A stretch of DNA of 24,000 nt from Bacillus sp. (in: firmicutes) (GTDB lineage: Bacteria > Bacillota > Bacilli > Bacillales > SA4). The notes under the pieces were generated by a model that made no database searches, was not told the DNA's origin, and saw only the letters and a program-made list of their open reading frames with translations. Positions 1-6,860 of this stretch are shown here, piece by piece. A program made the position numbers and the translations under genes. How positions within the stretch are numbered: position 1 is the stretch's first letter; each line of letters opens with the position of its first letter. Where the stretch lies: contig JBFILZ010000007.1 in the NCBI GenBank assembly GCA_041611945.1, positions 18,110 to 42,109 of the forward strand, in the 5' to 3' direction.

Positions 1-671
1 CGCCATTTCCTGGCCTTCTTAATAAACTCTTCACTGCCGGAAATAATGGAACCAACTGGTGCACCTAATCCTTTTGATAAGCATATTTGAACGGTCGTAG
101 TGTGTTTAGTGAATTCAGAAACAGGTACGTTTAAGGCAACTGCAGCGTTAAATAATCTTGCACCATCTAAATGGACAGGGATACCATTTTTATTAGCTAT
201 TTCATAGATATCTCTCATGTTTTCCAAAGGGACTATAGCTCCCCCAGCACGATTATGTGTATTTTCTAGACATATAAGTGATGTTTCTGGAAGGTGAATG
301 TCTTCCCCTCGAATTGCTGCCGCCACATCATTGGGATTCATAGCCCCTCTATTTCCTTTTAGCGTCCTTGGTTGAACTCCAGCAAATGCTGAGATTGCTG
401 CGCCTTCATAATAAAACAAGTGAGCTTCTTCTTCTAATATTATTTCATTTCCAGGCTGACAATGTGTTAAGACTGCAATTTGATTACCTTGTGTCCCACT
501 CGTTACAAACAAGGAAGCTTCCTTTCCAAGTATCTTTGAAGCTGTTTCTTCCAGTCTATTTATGGTTGGATCTTCCCCATATACATCATCACCAAGCTCC
601 GCTTCATAGCTAGCCTTTCTCATTTTTTCAGTAGGTCTTGTAACGGTATCACTTCTTAAATCAATAAACAT
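1..671 (-). CDS. PLP-dependent low-specificity L-threonine aldolase, N-terminal ~223 codons; the 3' end runs off the left window edge
   Basis: Reverse-strand translation from ATG (complement of 669-671) gives MFIDLRSDTVTRPTEKMRKASYEAELGDDVYGEDPTINRLEE...SGTQGNQIA. This is the DLRSDTVT..PT N-terminal signature of the threonine aldolase (beta-eliminating lyase) family. SD AAAGGGGA lies 8 nt upstream. The ORF is missing from the supplied track because it is open at the edge. Confidence 0.8.
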   Translation of the reverse strand, partial: MFIDLRSDTVTRPTEKMRKASYEAELGDDVYGEDPTINRLEETASKILGKEASLFVTSGTQGNQIAVLTHCQPGNEIILEEEAHLFYYEGAAISAFAGVQPRTLKGNRGAMNPNDVAAAIRGEDIHLPETSLICLENTHNRAGGAIVPLENMRDIYEIANKNGIPVHLDGARLFNAAVALNVPVSEFTKHTTTVQICLSKGLGAPVGSIISGSEEFIKKARKW

Positions 672-708
672 TTTACTTATCCCCTTTACATCCTAAATCT
701 TTTTTTCC

Positions 709-717
709 ATTATAACA
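709..717 (-). promoter_or_regulatory. Extended -10 element (TGtTATAAT on the minus strand) of the threonine aldolase promoter
   Basis: Reverse complement of attataaca (709-717) is TGTTATAAT, about 40 nt upstream of the ATG at 671. No good -35 was seen. Confidence 0.4.
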
Positions 718-739
718 TGGACATGATTAGTTCAGACTT

Positions 740-768
740 CAAAATAAACACGCTGACTACAGCGTGTT
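740..768 (-). terminator. Rho-independent terminator on the minus strand, upstream of the aldolase promoter
   Basis: Perfect 9-bp stem AACACGCTG / CAGCGTGTT (746-768) with a 4-nt loop. On the minus strand it is followed by TATTTTG. Confidence 0.6.
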
Positions 769-1035
769 AAACTACTCATTTTACTTTCCCATGAGAGCAG
801 ATAGCATCCTTATGCTTCTCTAAACTTTCGTGAATGACAAGTAGCAAATCTCCTGTCGTTTCACCTCCAAGTTCGTCTGAAATACCCATAGCATTCTTTA
901 GTTCACCAACCCATGTCCATATGATCATATTCTACATACAAACTTCCAGAAACCTAAACAATTTTCATCTATACTGTTTCCCATACCAATCACATATATT
1001 GCATGCTAAAATAGGACTATGAGGAGGTTATCGAA

Positions 1036-1233
1036 TTGTATACAGTGTTAGTCATTTCAATCTTGGTCGTTATCATCGTATTACTGTTAAGTATCATGAC
1101 AATAAACAAAGGTTATGCGTATAAACAAACAGTCGATCAGATTGAGGAAAATCCCTATTTACAAGAGCAAGAGAATCAAAAAATAAAGAATAACCATAAA
1201 CAGGTGGAGGAAAAGTTAGATGAAAAATCCTAA
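1036..1233 (+). CDS. Small single-pass membrane protein (65 aa), hydrophobic N-terminus and charged Q/E/K-rich tail
   Basis: TTG start at 1036 with strong SD GAGGAGG (1021-1027). One clear TM helix (YTVLVISILVVIIVLLLSIMTI). The 3' end overlaps the amidase start by 14 nt, suggesting co-transcription. Confidence 0.55.
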   Translation: MYTVLVISILVVIIVLLLSIMTINKGYAYKQTVDQIEENPYLQEQENQKIKNNHKQVEEKLDEKS

Positions 1234-2692
1234 GCTAGCTAAACTAAAAGAAGAATTATTAGAAGAAATTACAATTGATAAAATTCAATTATTAATGGAA
1301 AACGGAGAAATCACAGCTAAAGAGTTAGTTCTACTTTATCTTGACCGCATAGCTACATATAATAAAAATGGTTTAGCCGTAAATGCCATTCTCGAGGTGA
1401 ACTCTGACGCATTACAAATAGCTGAAGCTCTCGACGCAGAACGTGAAATAAGTGGTCCAAGAAGCATACTTCATGGTGTGCCTGTACTTTTAAAGGATAA
1501 TATTGATACAGCAGATAAATTACATACAAGTGCAGGTTCATTAGCCTTAAAAGATTCATATGCTGATAAAGATTCATTTATTGCTAGTCAATTGCGAGAA
1601 TCAGGTGCCATCATTCTTGGAAAAACAAATATGACGGAATGGGCAAACTTTATGGCTGAAAAAATGCCTTCAGGTTACAGTTCCAGAGGTGGACAAGTTT
1701 TAAATCCATATAATACCGAAAAGTTTGATGTTGGTGGTTCAAGCTCTGGTTCCGGGGCAGCAATAGCCTCGAATTTCGCTACTGTAGCAGTTGGCACAGA
1801 AACGTCAGGCTCCATTTTGAGCCCCGCTAGTCGAAATTCCATCGTAGGTATTAAACCAACCATTGGACTTGTTAGCCGCACGGGAATTATTCCTATTGCC
1901 CATACCCAAGACACAGCTGGTCCAATGGCTAGAACTGTAAAGGATGCAGCTATATTATTAAACTTTTTAGTTGGAAAGGATGAAGCAGATCCTTCTACAT
2001 CTAAAAATATCATTGAGTATAACTATACAGATTTTCTATTAGAGGATGGGTTAAAAGGAAAGAGGATTGGAATTGCACGCGAAGGTTATTTCAACTACTT
2101 GTCTGATGAGGAAAAAGTAAGAATGGAAGAAGCGATTACTGTACTAAAAGAACAAGGCGCAATCATCATAGATTCAATAAATATTCCTTCTAGCAAGGAA
2201 AAATGGGACTACAATGTTCTCTTATACGAATTTAAAGCAGACCTAAATTCTTACCTAAGTAAAATCAACCCTAGTCTTGGCATTCGTTCCTTAACTGATG
2301 TAATACGATTTAATGAAGAAAATCCTAGCACTATGTTGAAATATGGACAAAAAGTTTTGCTAGATTCTGATAACACGAGTGGTACTCTAACAGAAGCTGA
2401 GTATTTAATAAGTTTGGAAGAGGACCAATACTTGTCGACTGATCAAGGGATTGATTTCGTACTTGAAGCAAATGAACTTGATGCAATTGTTTTTCCAAAC
2501 AACTTTGGAGCTGGAATTCCTGCTAAAGCTGGGTACCCATCCATAACCGTGCCGGCTGGGTACTCATCAGATAACGGACCTATAGGAATTACATTTACAG
2601 GCACTGCTTTTAATGAACCGACATTAATTGAAATCGCTTATGCGTTTGAACAGAAGACGAAGTTTCGGGTTCCACCTGTATTAGCAACTTAA
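1220..2692 (+). CDS. Amidase-signature (AS) family amidase, 490 aa; not GatA by N-terminus or context
   Basis: GGSSSGSGAA glycine/serine-rich AS signature, upstream LLKDNID lysine and downstream GTETSGSI, consistent with a Ser-cisSer-Lys triad. SD GGAGGAA lies 7 nt before the ATG. Confidence 0.85.
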   Translation: MKNPKLAKLKEELLEEITIDKIQLLMENGEITAKELVLLYLDRIATYNKNGLAVNAILEVNSDALQIAEALDAEREISGPRSILHGVPVLLKDNIDTADKLHTSAGSLALKDSYADKDSFIASQLRESGAIILGKTNMTEWANFMAEKMPSGYSSRGGQVLNPYNTEKFDVGGSSSGSGAAIASNFATVAVGTETSGSILSPASRNSIVGIKPTIGLVSRTGIIPIAHTQDTAGPMARTVKDAAILLNFLVGKDEADPSTSKNIIEYNYTDFLLEDGLKGKRIGIAREGYFNYLSDEEKVRMEEAITVLKEQGAIIIDSINIPSSKEKWDYNVLLYEFKADLNSYLSKINPSLGIRSLTDVIRFNEENPSTMLKYGQKVLLDSDNTSGTLTEAEYLISLEEDQYLSTDQGIDFVLEANELDAIVFPNNFGAGIPAKAGYPSITVPAGYSSDNGPIGITFTGTAFNEPTLIEIAYAFEQKTKFRVPPVLAT

Positions 2693-2804
2693 ACTACTCC
2701 ACCTAAATTTCTAACGAATTTTGAGGAAGGAGATTCCTGTTCACCACTCCTCACACAGTGTAATGAATCAGGCTCCCCCTGTCGGACCGACGGTTGAAAA
2801 CACT

Positions 2805-2830
2805 AGAAGGCGTAAGCCTTCTTTTTCTAT
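2805..2830 (+). terminator. Rho-independent terminator about 115 nt after the amidase stop
   Basis: Stem AGAAGGC (2805-2811) / GCCTTCT (2816-2822), loop GTAA, followed by TTTTCTATTTCTT. Confidence 0.7.
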
Positions 2831-3054
2831 TTCTTCATACTGACGCATTTTGTACTTTAGGCAACTCTATAACCCTTGTTTCAGTCAATACAAACATGAA
2901 ATATTTATCAGTACCATTTCAGCGCACCTTAAAAGACATTCATCCAACCACTCTACACTCCTTAGGAAGTGGGGGGCTCGCTAATTTTATGATAAATGTG
3001 ATTGAAAAAGTTATGTTATCGCCTATCATAAGTACATAGCTCAAAACAAATCAG

Positions 3055-3083
3055 TTGCTGTTTTTAAAGAACATTTGTATACT
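3055..3083 (+). promoter_or_regulatory. Sigma-A type promoter of folE2 (TTGCTG - 17 nt - TATACT)
   Basis: -35 TTGCTG at 3055-3060, a 17-nt spacer, -10 TATACT at 3078-3083. It lies about 40 nt upstream of the folE2 start. Confidence 0.5.
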
Positions 3084-3099
3084 TCTTAAGACTTAAGAA
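3083..3099 (+). promoter_or_regulatory. 17-bp perfect palindrome TTCTTAAG-A-CTTAAGAA; candidate operator or 5' mRNA stem-loop at the folE2 transcription start
   Basis: Read directly: 8-1-8 perfect dyad starting at the last base of the -10 and ending 7 nt before the SD GAGGAGGG. Confidence 0.4.
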
Positions 3100-3122
3100 T
3101 GTCAGAAGAGGAGGGTTTCAAT

Positions 3123-4025
3123 ATGAACAATGAGAAGCTGCTATTACCTTCAAAGGAAGAACGTCATAAGCTATTCGGGTCAGTATTGCCAGGTCTTAAA
3201 ACAAAACCAACTGAGAAAAAAGAAATGTCAGATCTTCAAAATGCTCGTAAAGACTTTTTATTTAAAATTAATTCTGTAGGGATTAGTAATGTAAAGCATC
3301 CTGTAAAGGTGTCCTCTAATCTTTTGCCAAATGAACAGACAACTATTGCAACTTTCTCTTTCACATCGAGAATTCCAGTCGATCAAAAGGGAACAAATAT
3401 GAGCCGCTTTACAGAACAACTTCAAGAATACTACTATCAAGGCTTTAATCTATCCATTAGTTCTCTACATGACTTCGTACGTGAACTTGCAAATAGGCTA
3501 GAACAAGACAACGCAGTCTTGGAAGTAACATTTCCTTGGTTTTATGAAAGAAAAGGTCCTGCATCTGGAATATCTGGGTTAAATCATTCTGAAGCCTATA
3601 TGAAGGTAGAATTTGATGTTAAGAATGGCTACTTCACTGAGGTAGGACTAACTTCAGCAGTAACAACTTTATGTCCATGTTCAAAGGAAATAAGTGAATA
3701 TAGTGCTCACAATCAGCGAGGGTACATAAAGACGCGAGTGGAGTTAGATGAATCTCTTGATCATGAAATAGATTGGAAGGAATACCTTTTACATGCCGCG
3801 GAGTCAAATGCCAGTGCATTAATTCATCCTGTTCTAAAACGTCCTGATGAAAAAATGGTCACTGAAATTGCCTATGAAAATCCACGCTTTGTAGAGGATA
3901 TGGTTCGCTTAGTAGCTGCAGATTTATATGAAATGGAATTCGTCCGTGCATTCAATGTAGAATGTAGGAATGAAGAATCTATTCATCTCCACGATGCTAT
4001 CGCTTCATTATCTATCCGAAAATAG
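3123..4025 (+). CDS. folE2: GTP cyclohydrolase IB (FolE2 / type 2 GTP cyclohydrolase I)
   Basis: Hallmark motifs GTNMSRF, TTLCPCSKEIS and HNQRG; about 300 aa. I prefer ATG 3123 over the track start 3099 because the SD AGAGGAGGG (3107-3115) lies inside the longer ORF, 7 nt before 3123. Confidence 0.88.
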   Translation: MNNEKLLLPSKEERHKLFGSVLPGLKTKPTEKKEMSDLQNARKDFLFKINSVGISNVKHPVKVSSNLLPNEQTTIATFSFTSRIPVDQKGTNMSRFTEQLQEYYYQGFNLSISSLHDFVRELANRLEQDNAVLEVTFPWFYERKGPASGISGLNHSEAYMKVEFDVKNGYFTEVGLTSAVTTLCPCSKEISEYSAHNQRGYIKTRVELDESLDHEIDWKEYLLHAAESNASALIHPVLKRPDEKMVTEIAYENPRFVEDMVRLVAADLYEMEFVRAFNVECRNEESIHLHDAIASLSIRK

Positions 4026-4055
4026 CCCCTTATCATATTAAGGGGTTGCTTTGTT
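4026..4055 (+). terminator. Rho-independent terminator of folE2
   Basis: CCCCTTA (4026-4032) / TAAGGGG (4039-4045) stem immediately after the stop, followed by TTGCTTTGTT. Confidence 0.65.
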
Positions 4056-4132
4056 AGCATGTCCATTTATAAAACCGTATTTTTAATTCAACTTCCATTT
4101 TTTCTTTAAATATTAATAACAGCTTGAATATG

Positions 4133-4167
4133 GATAAAAAAAAACACCTTGCCCGCTAAGCAAGATG
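4133..4167 (-). terminator. Rho-independent terminator of luxS
   Basis: Minus-strand RNA CAUCUUGC-uuagcgg-GCAAGGUG followed by a run of U (plus-strand A-run 4133-4144), 10 nt after the luxS stop. Confidence 0.8.
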
Positions 4168-4177
4168 TCCATTATTT

Positions 4178-4651
4178 TCATCCAAAAACTTTATGAAGAT
4201 CTTCTTTTGATTGCTGTAGCCAGAAATTCATTAGACGCTTTGCCCCTTCAAGATCATGTAGTTTGGCCTGACCACATTGCTTTTCGTTTGCTGCCGGAAT
4301 TTCTGTGATTTCCACAGCCTCTTTTAAAGTATCTTCCATTAAATCAATAATTTCAGTAACTGTTGGGGATCCACTCACAACAAGATAAAATCCTGTTTGA
4401 CAACCCATTGGAGAAATGTCAATAATATCAAAGTGGTCATACTTTTCTGAATGCGTACGAATATTGAATGCTAATAAGTGCTCTAGTGTATGAATCGCAT
4501 CTGGTTTCATTGCTTGTTTGTTAGGTTGACTAAAACGTATATCAAACTTATTAACAAATCCATCACTACCTACTTTGTGAACACCACAATGTCTTACGTA
4601 AGGTGCAACAACAGCATTATGATCTAATTCAAAACTTTCTACTGAAGGCAT
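4178..4651 (-). CDS. luxS: S-ribosylhomocysteine lyase (autoinducer-2 synthase) LuxS
   Basis: 157 aa. N-terminus [23 protein letters not shown], metal-binding HTLEHL motif and [19 protein letters not shown] upstream. Confidence 0.95.
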   Translation of the reverse strand: MPSVESFELDHNAVVAPYVRHCGVHKVGSDGFVNKFDIRFSQPNKQAMKPDAIHTLEHLLAFNIRTHSEKYDHFDIIDISPMGCQTGFYLVVSGSPTVTEIIDLMEDTLKEAVEITEIPAANEKQCGQAKLHDLEGAKRLMNFWLQQSKEDLHKVFG

Positions 4652-4761
4652 ATTAACACTCCCTTATTATCTTATATATATATTATAACTTTATTTAAAA
4701 GTTTTTTCACTAATTTGATTGGAATACTATGAATTAATTTTTTGAATTGGAGGATGACCCT

Positions 4762-4992
4762 ATGATAAAAAGACCTTTTTTACTTTTGATCCGTTTTTAC
4801 CAAAAATTCCTCTCGCCATTAAAACCGCCGTCATGCCGTTTCTACCCAACTTGTTCTCAATATGGACTTGAATCTATTAATCGTTTTGGAGCACTAAAAG
4901 GTGGTTGGTTAACGACTAAAAGAATAGTAAAGTGCCACCCTTTCCATCCAGGGGGAATAGACCTAGTACCTGAAAAAAAACCAAAAAAATAA
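4762..4992 (+). CDS. yidD: Membrane protein insertion efficiency factor YidD (YtjA-like)
   Basis: Conserved YQKFLSP...[20 protein letters not shown]...RI.KCHPF..GG.D.VP. Start moved to ATG 4762 because GGAGGA at 4749-4754 lies 7 nt upstream; the track's TTG at 4747 overlaps that SD. Confidence 0.9.
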   Translation: MIKRPFLLLIRFYQKFLSPLKPPSCRFYPTCSQYGLESINRFGALKGGWLTTKRIVKCHPFHPGGIDLVPEKKPKK

Positions 4993-5509
4993 GGTGTCAC
5001 AGTTCAATCGAACTATTTACTTAAAGCTTAATCCAAAATCCATCTACTGTTATTTCTCCGAACCTGACGCCTCGTGCTTAAATTCTTAAATGAAGCTTAA
5101 CCTTTTAATCTTTTAATGATACACTCCGAAAGAATATTTACCTCAGAAAAACAAGTTGAAAACTAGAATTTAATTTTTAACCGTTAGAAATACTCTAATC
5201 TTCCATTTTAAATTTTTTTCTTTCGTTTAGAAACTAAAAAAGTAAGTTCTTTTTTCGATTTCACCTTATAACCCAAGGTCTCGTCGTCAACACTTTCATA
5301 TTTCTTTACAAATGGTGGAATTTTCTCTTAATTACTGCAATCCACTTTTTTTATATTTTTTATGCTCTGTTCGAGCACAAGGTAGATTTCTAATCAATGT
5401 GTATTTATAAGATGGATTACAGGGAGACTACTTCTAATAAAGAAACTAAAATTTTTTTATGTTTTGGCTTCTAAATTATACTTTGAAATCTACGTAACTT
5501 TTAGTATTA

Positions 5510-5530
5510 AAATCGTTATTGTTACGATAT
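5510..5530 (+). promoter_or_regulatory. Zur box 1 (AAATCGTTATTGTTACGATAT), abutting a perfect TATAAT -10 at 5528-5533
   Basis: Core TCGTTATTGTTACGA (5513-5527) matches the B. subtilis Zur 7-1-7 consensus TCGTAATnATTACGA at 13 of 15 positions, with matching AAA/T flanks. It lies directly upstream of a zinc-type binding-protein gene. Confidence 0.7.
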
Positions 5531-5550
5531 AATAACAGAGGGAAAAAGCT

Positions 5551-5570
5551 AAATCGAAATGATTTTGATT
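5551..5570 (+). promoter_or_regulatory. Zur box 2, degenerate (AAATCGAAATGATTTTGATT), between the -10 and the SD
   Basis: Aligns to AAATCGTAATnATTACGATT with 3 mismatches and is an imperfect palindrome. It lies 14 nt upstream of the ATG at 5584. Confidence 0.45.
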
Positions 5571-5583
5571 GAGAGGGAAAATT

Positions 5584-6555
5584 ATGAAACTTAAATATAC
5601 GTTATTAGCACTATTCATATTTTTAATTACTTTTGTAATCGGATGTTCGGCTGCAAACGACAATAAGAGTGATGAAAGGACCAACATAGATTCAGAGAAT
5701 GCAATTGAGCCACTAACAATATATACAACCATTTTTCCATTAGAGGATTTTTCAAAAAAAATAGGTAGAGAACATGTAAAGGTGGTAAGTATTTTCCCTC
5801 CTGGAGTTGATGGTCATACATTTGAGCCTAGTGCTAAAACAATGGTAGACATTGCAAATGCTGATTTATTTGTATATACAGGTGCAGGTATTGAAGGTTT
5901 TGCTGAAGCAACTGTAGAAGCATTAAAAAACGAAGATGTTTTAATCTTAAAGGCATCTGAGGGTATTGAATTAATTAAACTTGATGACCATTCACATAGT
6001 GAACCAGCAGACAAGAATATGGATCATAACAATGATTACGATCCACATATTTGGTTAGATCCAACATTAGCTATACAAATGGCTGATAATATTTTCCAAG
6101 CATTAGTCAAGAAAAATCCTGCTGCAAAAAATGTATTCGAGCAAAATTTTAATGAATTGAAACAAGAACTAGAAAAACTCGACCAAGAATTCAGATATAC
6201 TGTCGAACAAGCAATTACGAACGAGATATTGGTTTCCCATGCAGCCTATGGATACTGGGAATCCCGATATGGCGTCAAACAAATAAGCGTGTCTGGAATG
6301 TCTCCAACAAATGAGCCATCTCAGAAAGAACTAACTCAAATTATAAGAACTGCAAAGGAACACAATATTAAATATGTTATATTTGAACAAAATGTATCAA
6401 CGAAATTAGCTGATATAGTTAAAAAGGAGATTAATGCTACCGCATTAACTCTATATAATCTCGAAGCGATCACAGAAGAACAAGCTACTAATAATGAAGA
6501 TTATTTCAGTATGATGAGACGTAATCTTGAAACATTAAAAACAGCATTAAATTAA
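5584..6555 (+). CDS. Zinc ABC transporter substrate-binding lipoprotein (ZnuA/AdcA, cluster A-I), orphan with no adjacent permease or ATPase
   Basis: Lipoprotein signal MKLKYTLLALFIFLITFVIGC (lipobox VIGC). DPHIWLDP motif. His/Asp-rich loop DDHSHSEPADKNMDHNNDYDPH, typical of zinc-specific members. SD GAGAGGG before ATG 5584; the track's TTG at 5569 lies inside Zur box 2. Confidence 0.85.
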   Translation: MKLKYTLLALFIFLITFVIGCSAANDNKSDERTNIDSENAIEPLTIYTTIFPLEDFSKKIGREHVKVVSIFPPGVDGHTFEPSAKTMVDIANADLFVYTGAGIEGFAEATVEALKNEDVLILKASEGIELIKLDDHSHSEPADKNMDHNNDYDPHIWLDPTLAIQMADNIFQALVKKNPAAKNVFEQNFNELKQELEKLDQEFRYTVEQAITNEILVSHAAYGYWESRYGVKQISVSGMSPTNEPSQKELTQIIRTAKEHNIKYVIFEQNVSTKLADIVKKEINATALTLYNLEAITEEQATNNEDYFSMMRRNLETLKTALN

Positions 6556-6561
6556 TTTACC

Positions 6562-6593
6562 AAGCATAAGCCATCAGGCCTATGCTTTTTTTG
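6562..6593 (+). terminator. Rho-independent terminator of the zinc-binding lipoprotein gene
   Basis: AAGCATAAGCC / GGCCTATGCTT stem with one mismatch, loop ATCA, followed by TTTTTTT. Confidence 0.8.
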
Positions 6594-6622
6594 TATAAAT
6601 TTATCGATAGTATGAATAATAA

Positions 6623-6637
6623 TGATAATTATTATCA
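6623..6637. promoter_or_regulatory. Perfect Fur box TGATAAT-T-ATTATCA
   Basis: Exact match to the B. subtilis Fur 7-1-7 consensus TGATAATnATTATCA. The extended AATAATGATAATTATTATC matches the classical 19-mer GATAATGATAATCATTATC at 17 of 19 positions. It lies between two convergent gene ends. Confidence 0.65.
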
Positions 6638-6701
6638 ACAATAGGTTTAATAAGAGACAACCACGCAATTGGTTGCCTCCATTTCCTTCCTTAGGTCTGT
6701 A

Positions 6702-6860
6702 TTATATATGCTGTGGTTCAAATGTTTTACAGTCTGTTTCTGCACTATTTTCAGCATTTTTACTTTTATGATTTACTACATATATTTGCGCCGCTCCACA
6801 TTTATCACCCTTCATATTGTGTACACAGCTGTTTACTTCACACAGTACATCTTGTGCCAT
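6702..6860 (-). CDS. DUF1540-type small Cys-rich protein, 52 aa (below the ORF-track size cut-off)
   Basis: Minus-strand translation: MAQDVLCEVNSCVHNMKGDKCGAAQIYVVNHKSKNAENSAETDCKTFEPQHI. This fits the pattern C.V..C.H....KC.A..I.V......T.C.TF that I recall for DUF1540. Excellent SD AAGGAGGTG 8 nt upstream of the ATG (complement of 6858-6860). A hairpin GGCAACCA/TGGTTGTC follows the stop on the minus strand. Confidence 0.75.
   Translation of the reverse strand: MAQDVLCEVNSCVHNMKGDKCGAAQIYVVNHKSKNAENSAETDCKTFEPQHI

Noticed and set aside
1353-2013. Minus-strand ORFs inside the amidase gene (1353-1577, 1675-2013). The same applies to antisense or out-of-frame track ORFs inside folE2, the zinc-lipoprotein gene, cydA/B-like genes, the aminopeptidase gene, mntC, mntA, menE, menB, menD and menA
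   Set aside because: All are embedded in or opposite strongly supported genes. They lack SD sequences and have odd composition, so they are typical shadow ORFs.
2794-3039. 81-aa plus-strand ORF from the track upstream of folE2
   Set aside because: It has a TTG start without an SD and reads straight through the amidase terminator hairpin (2805-2826). The product has no recognisable features.
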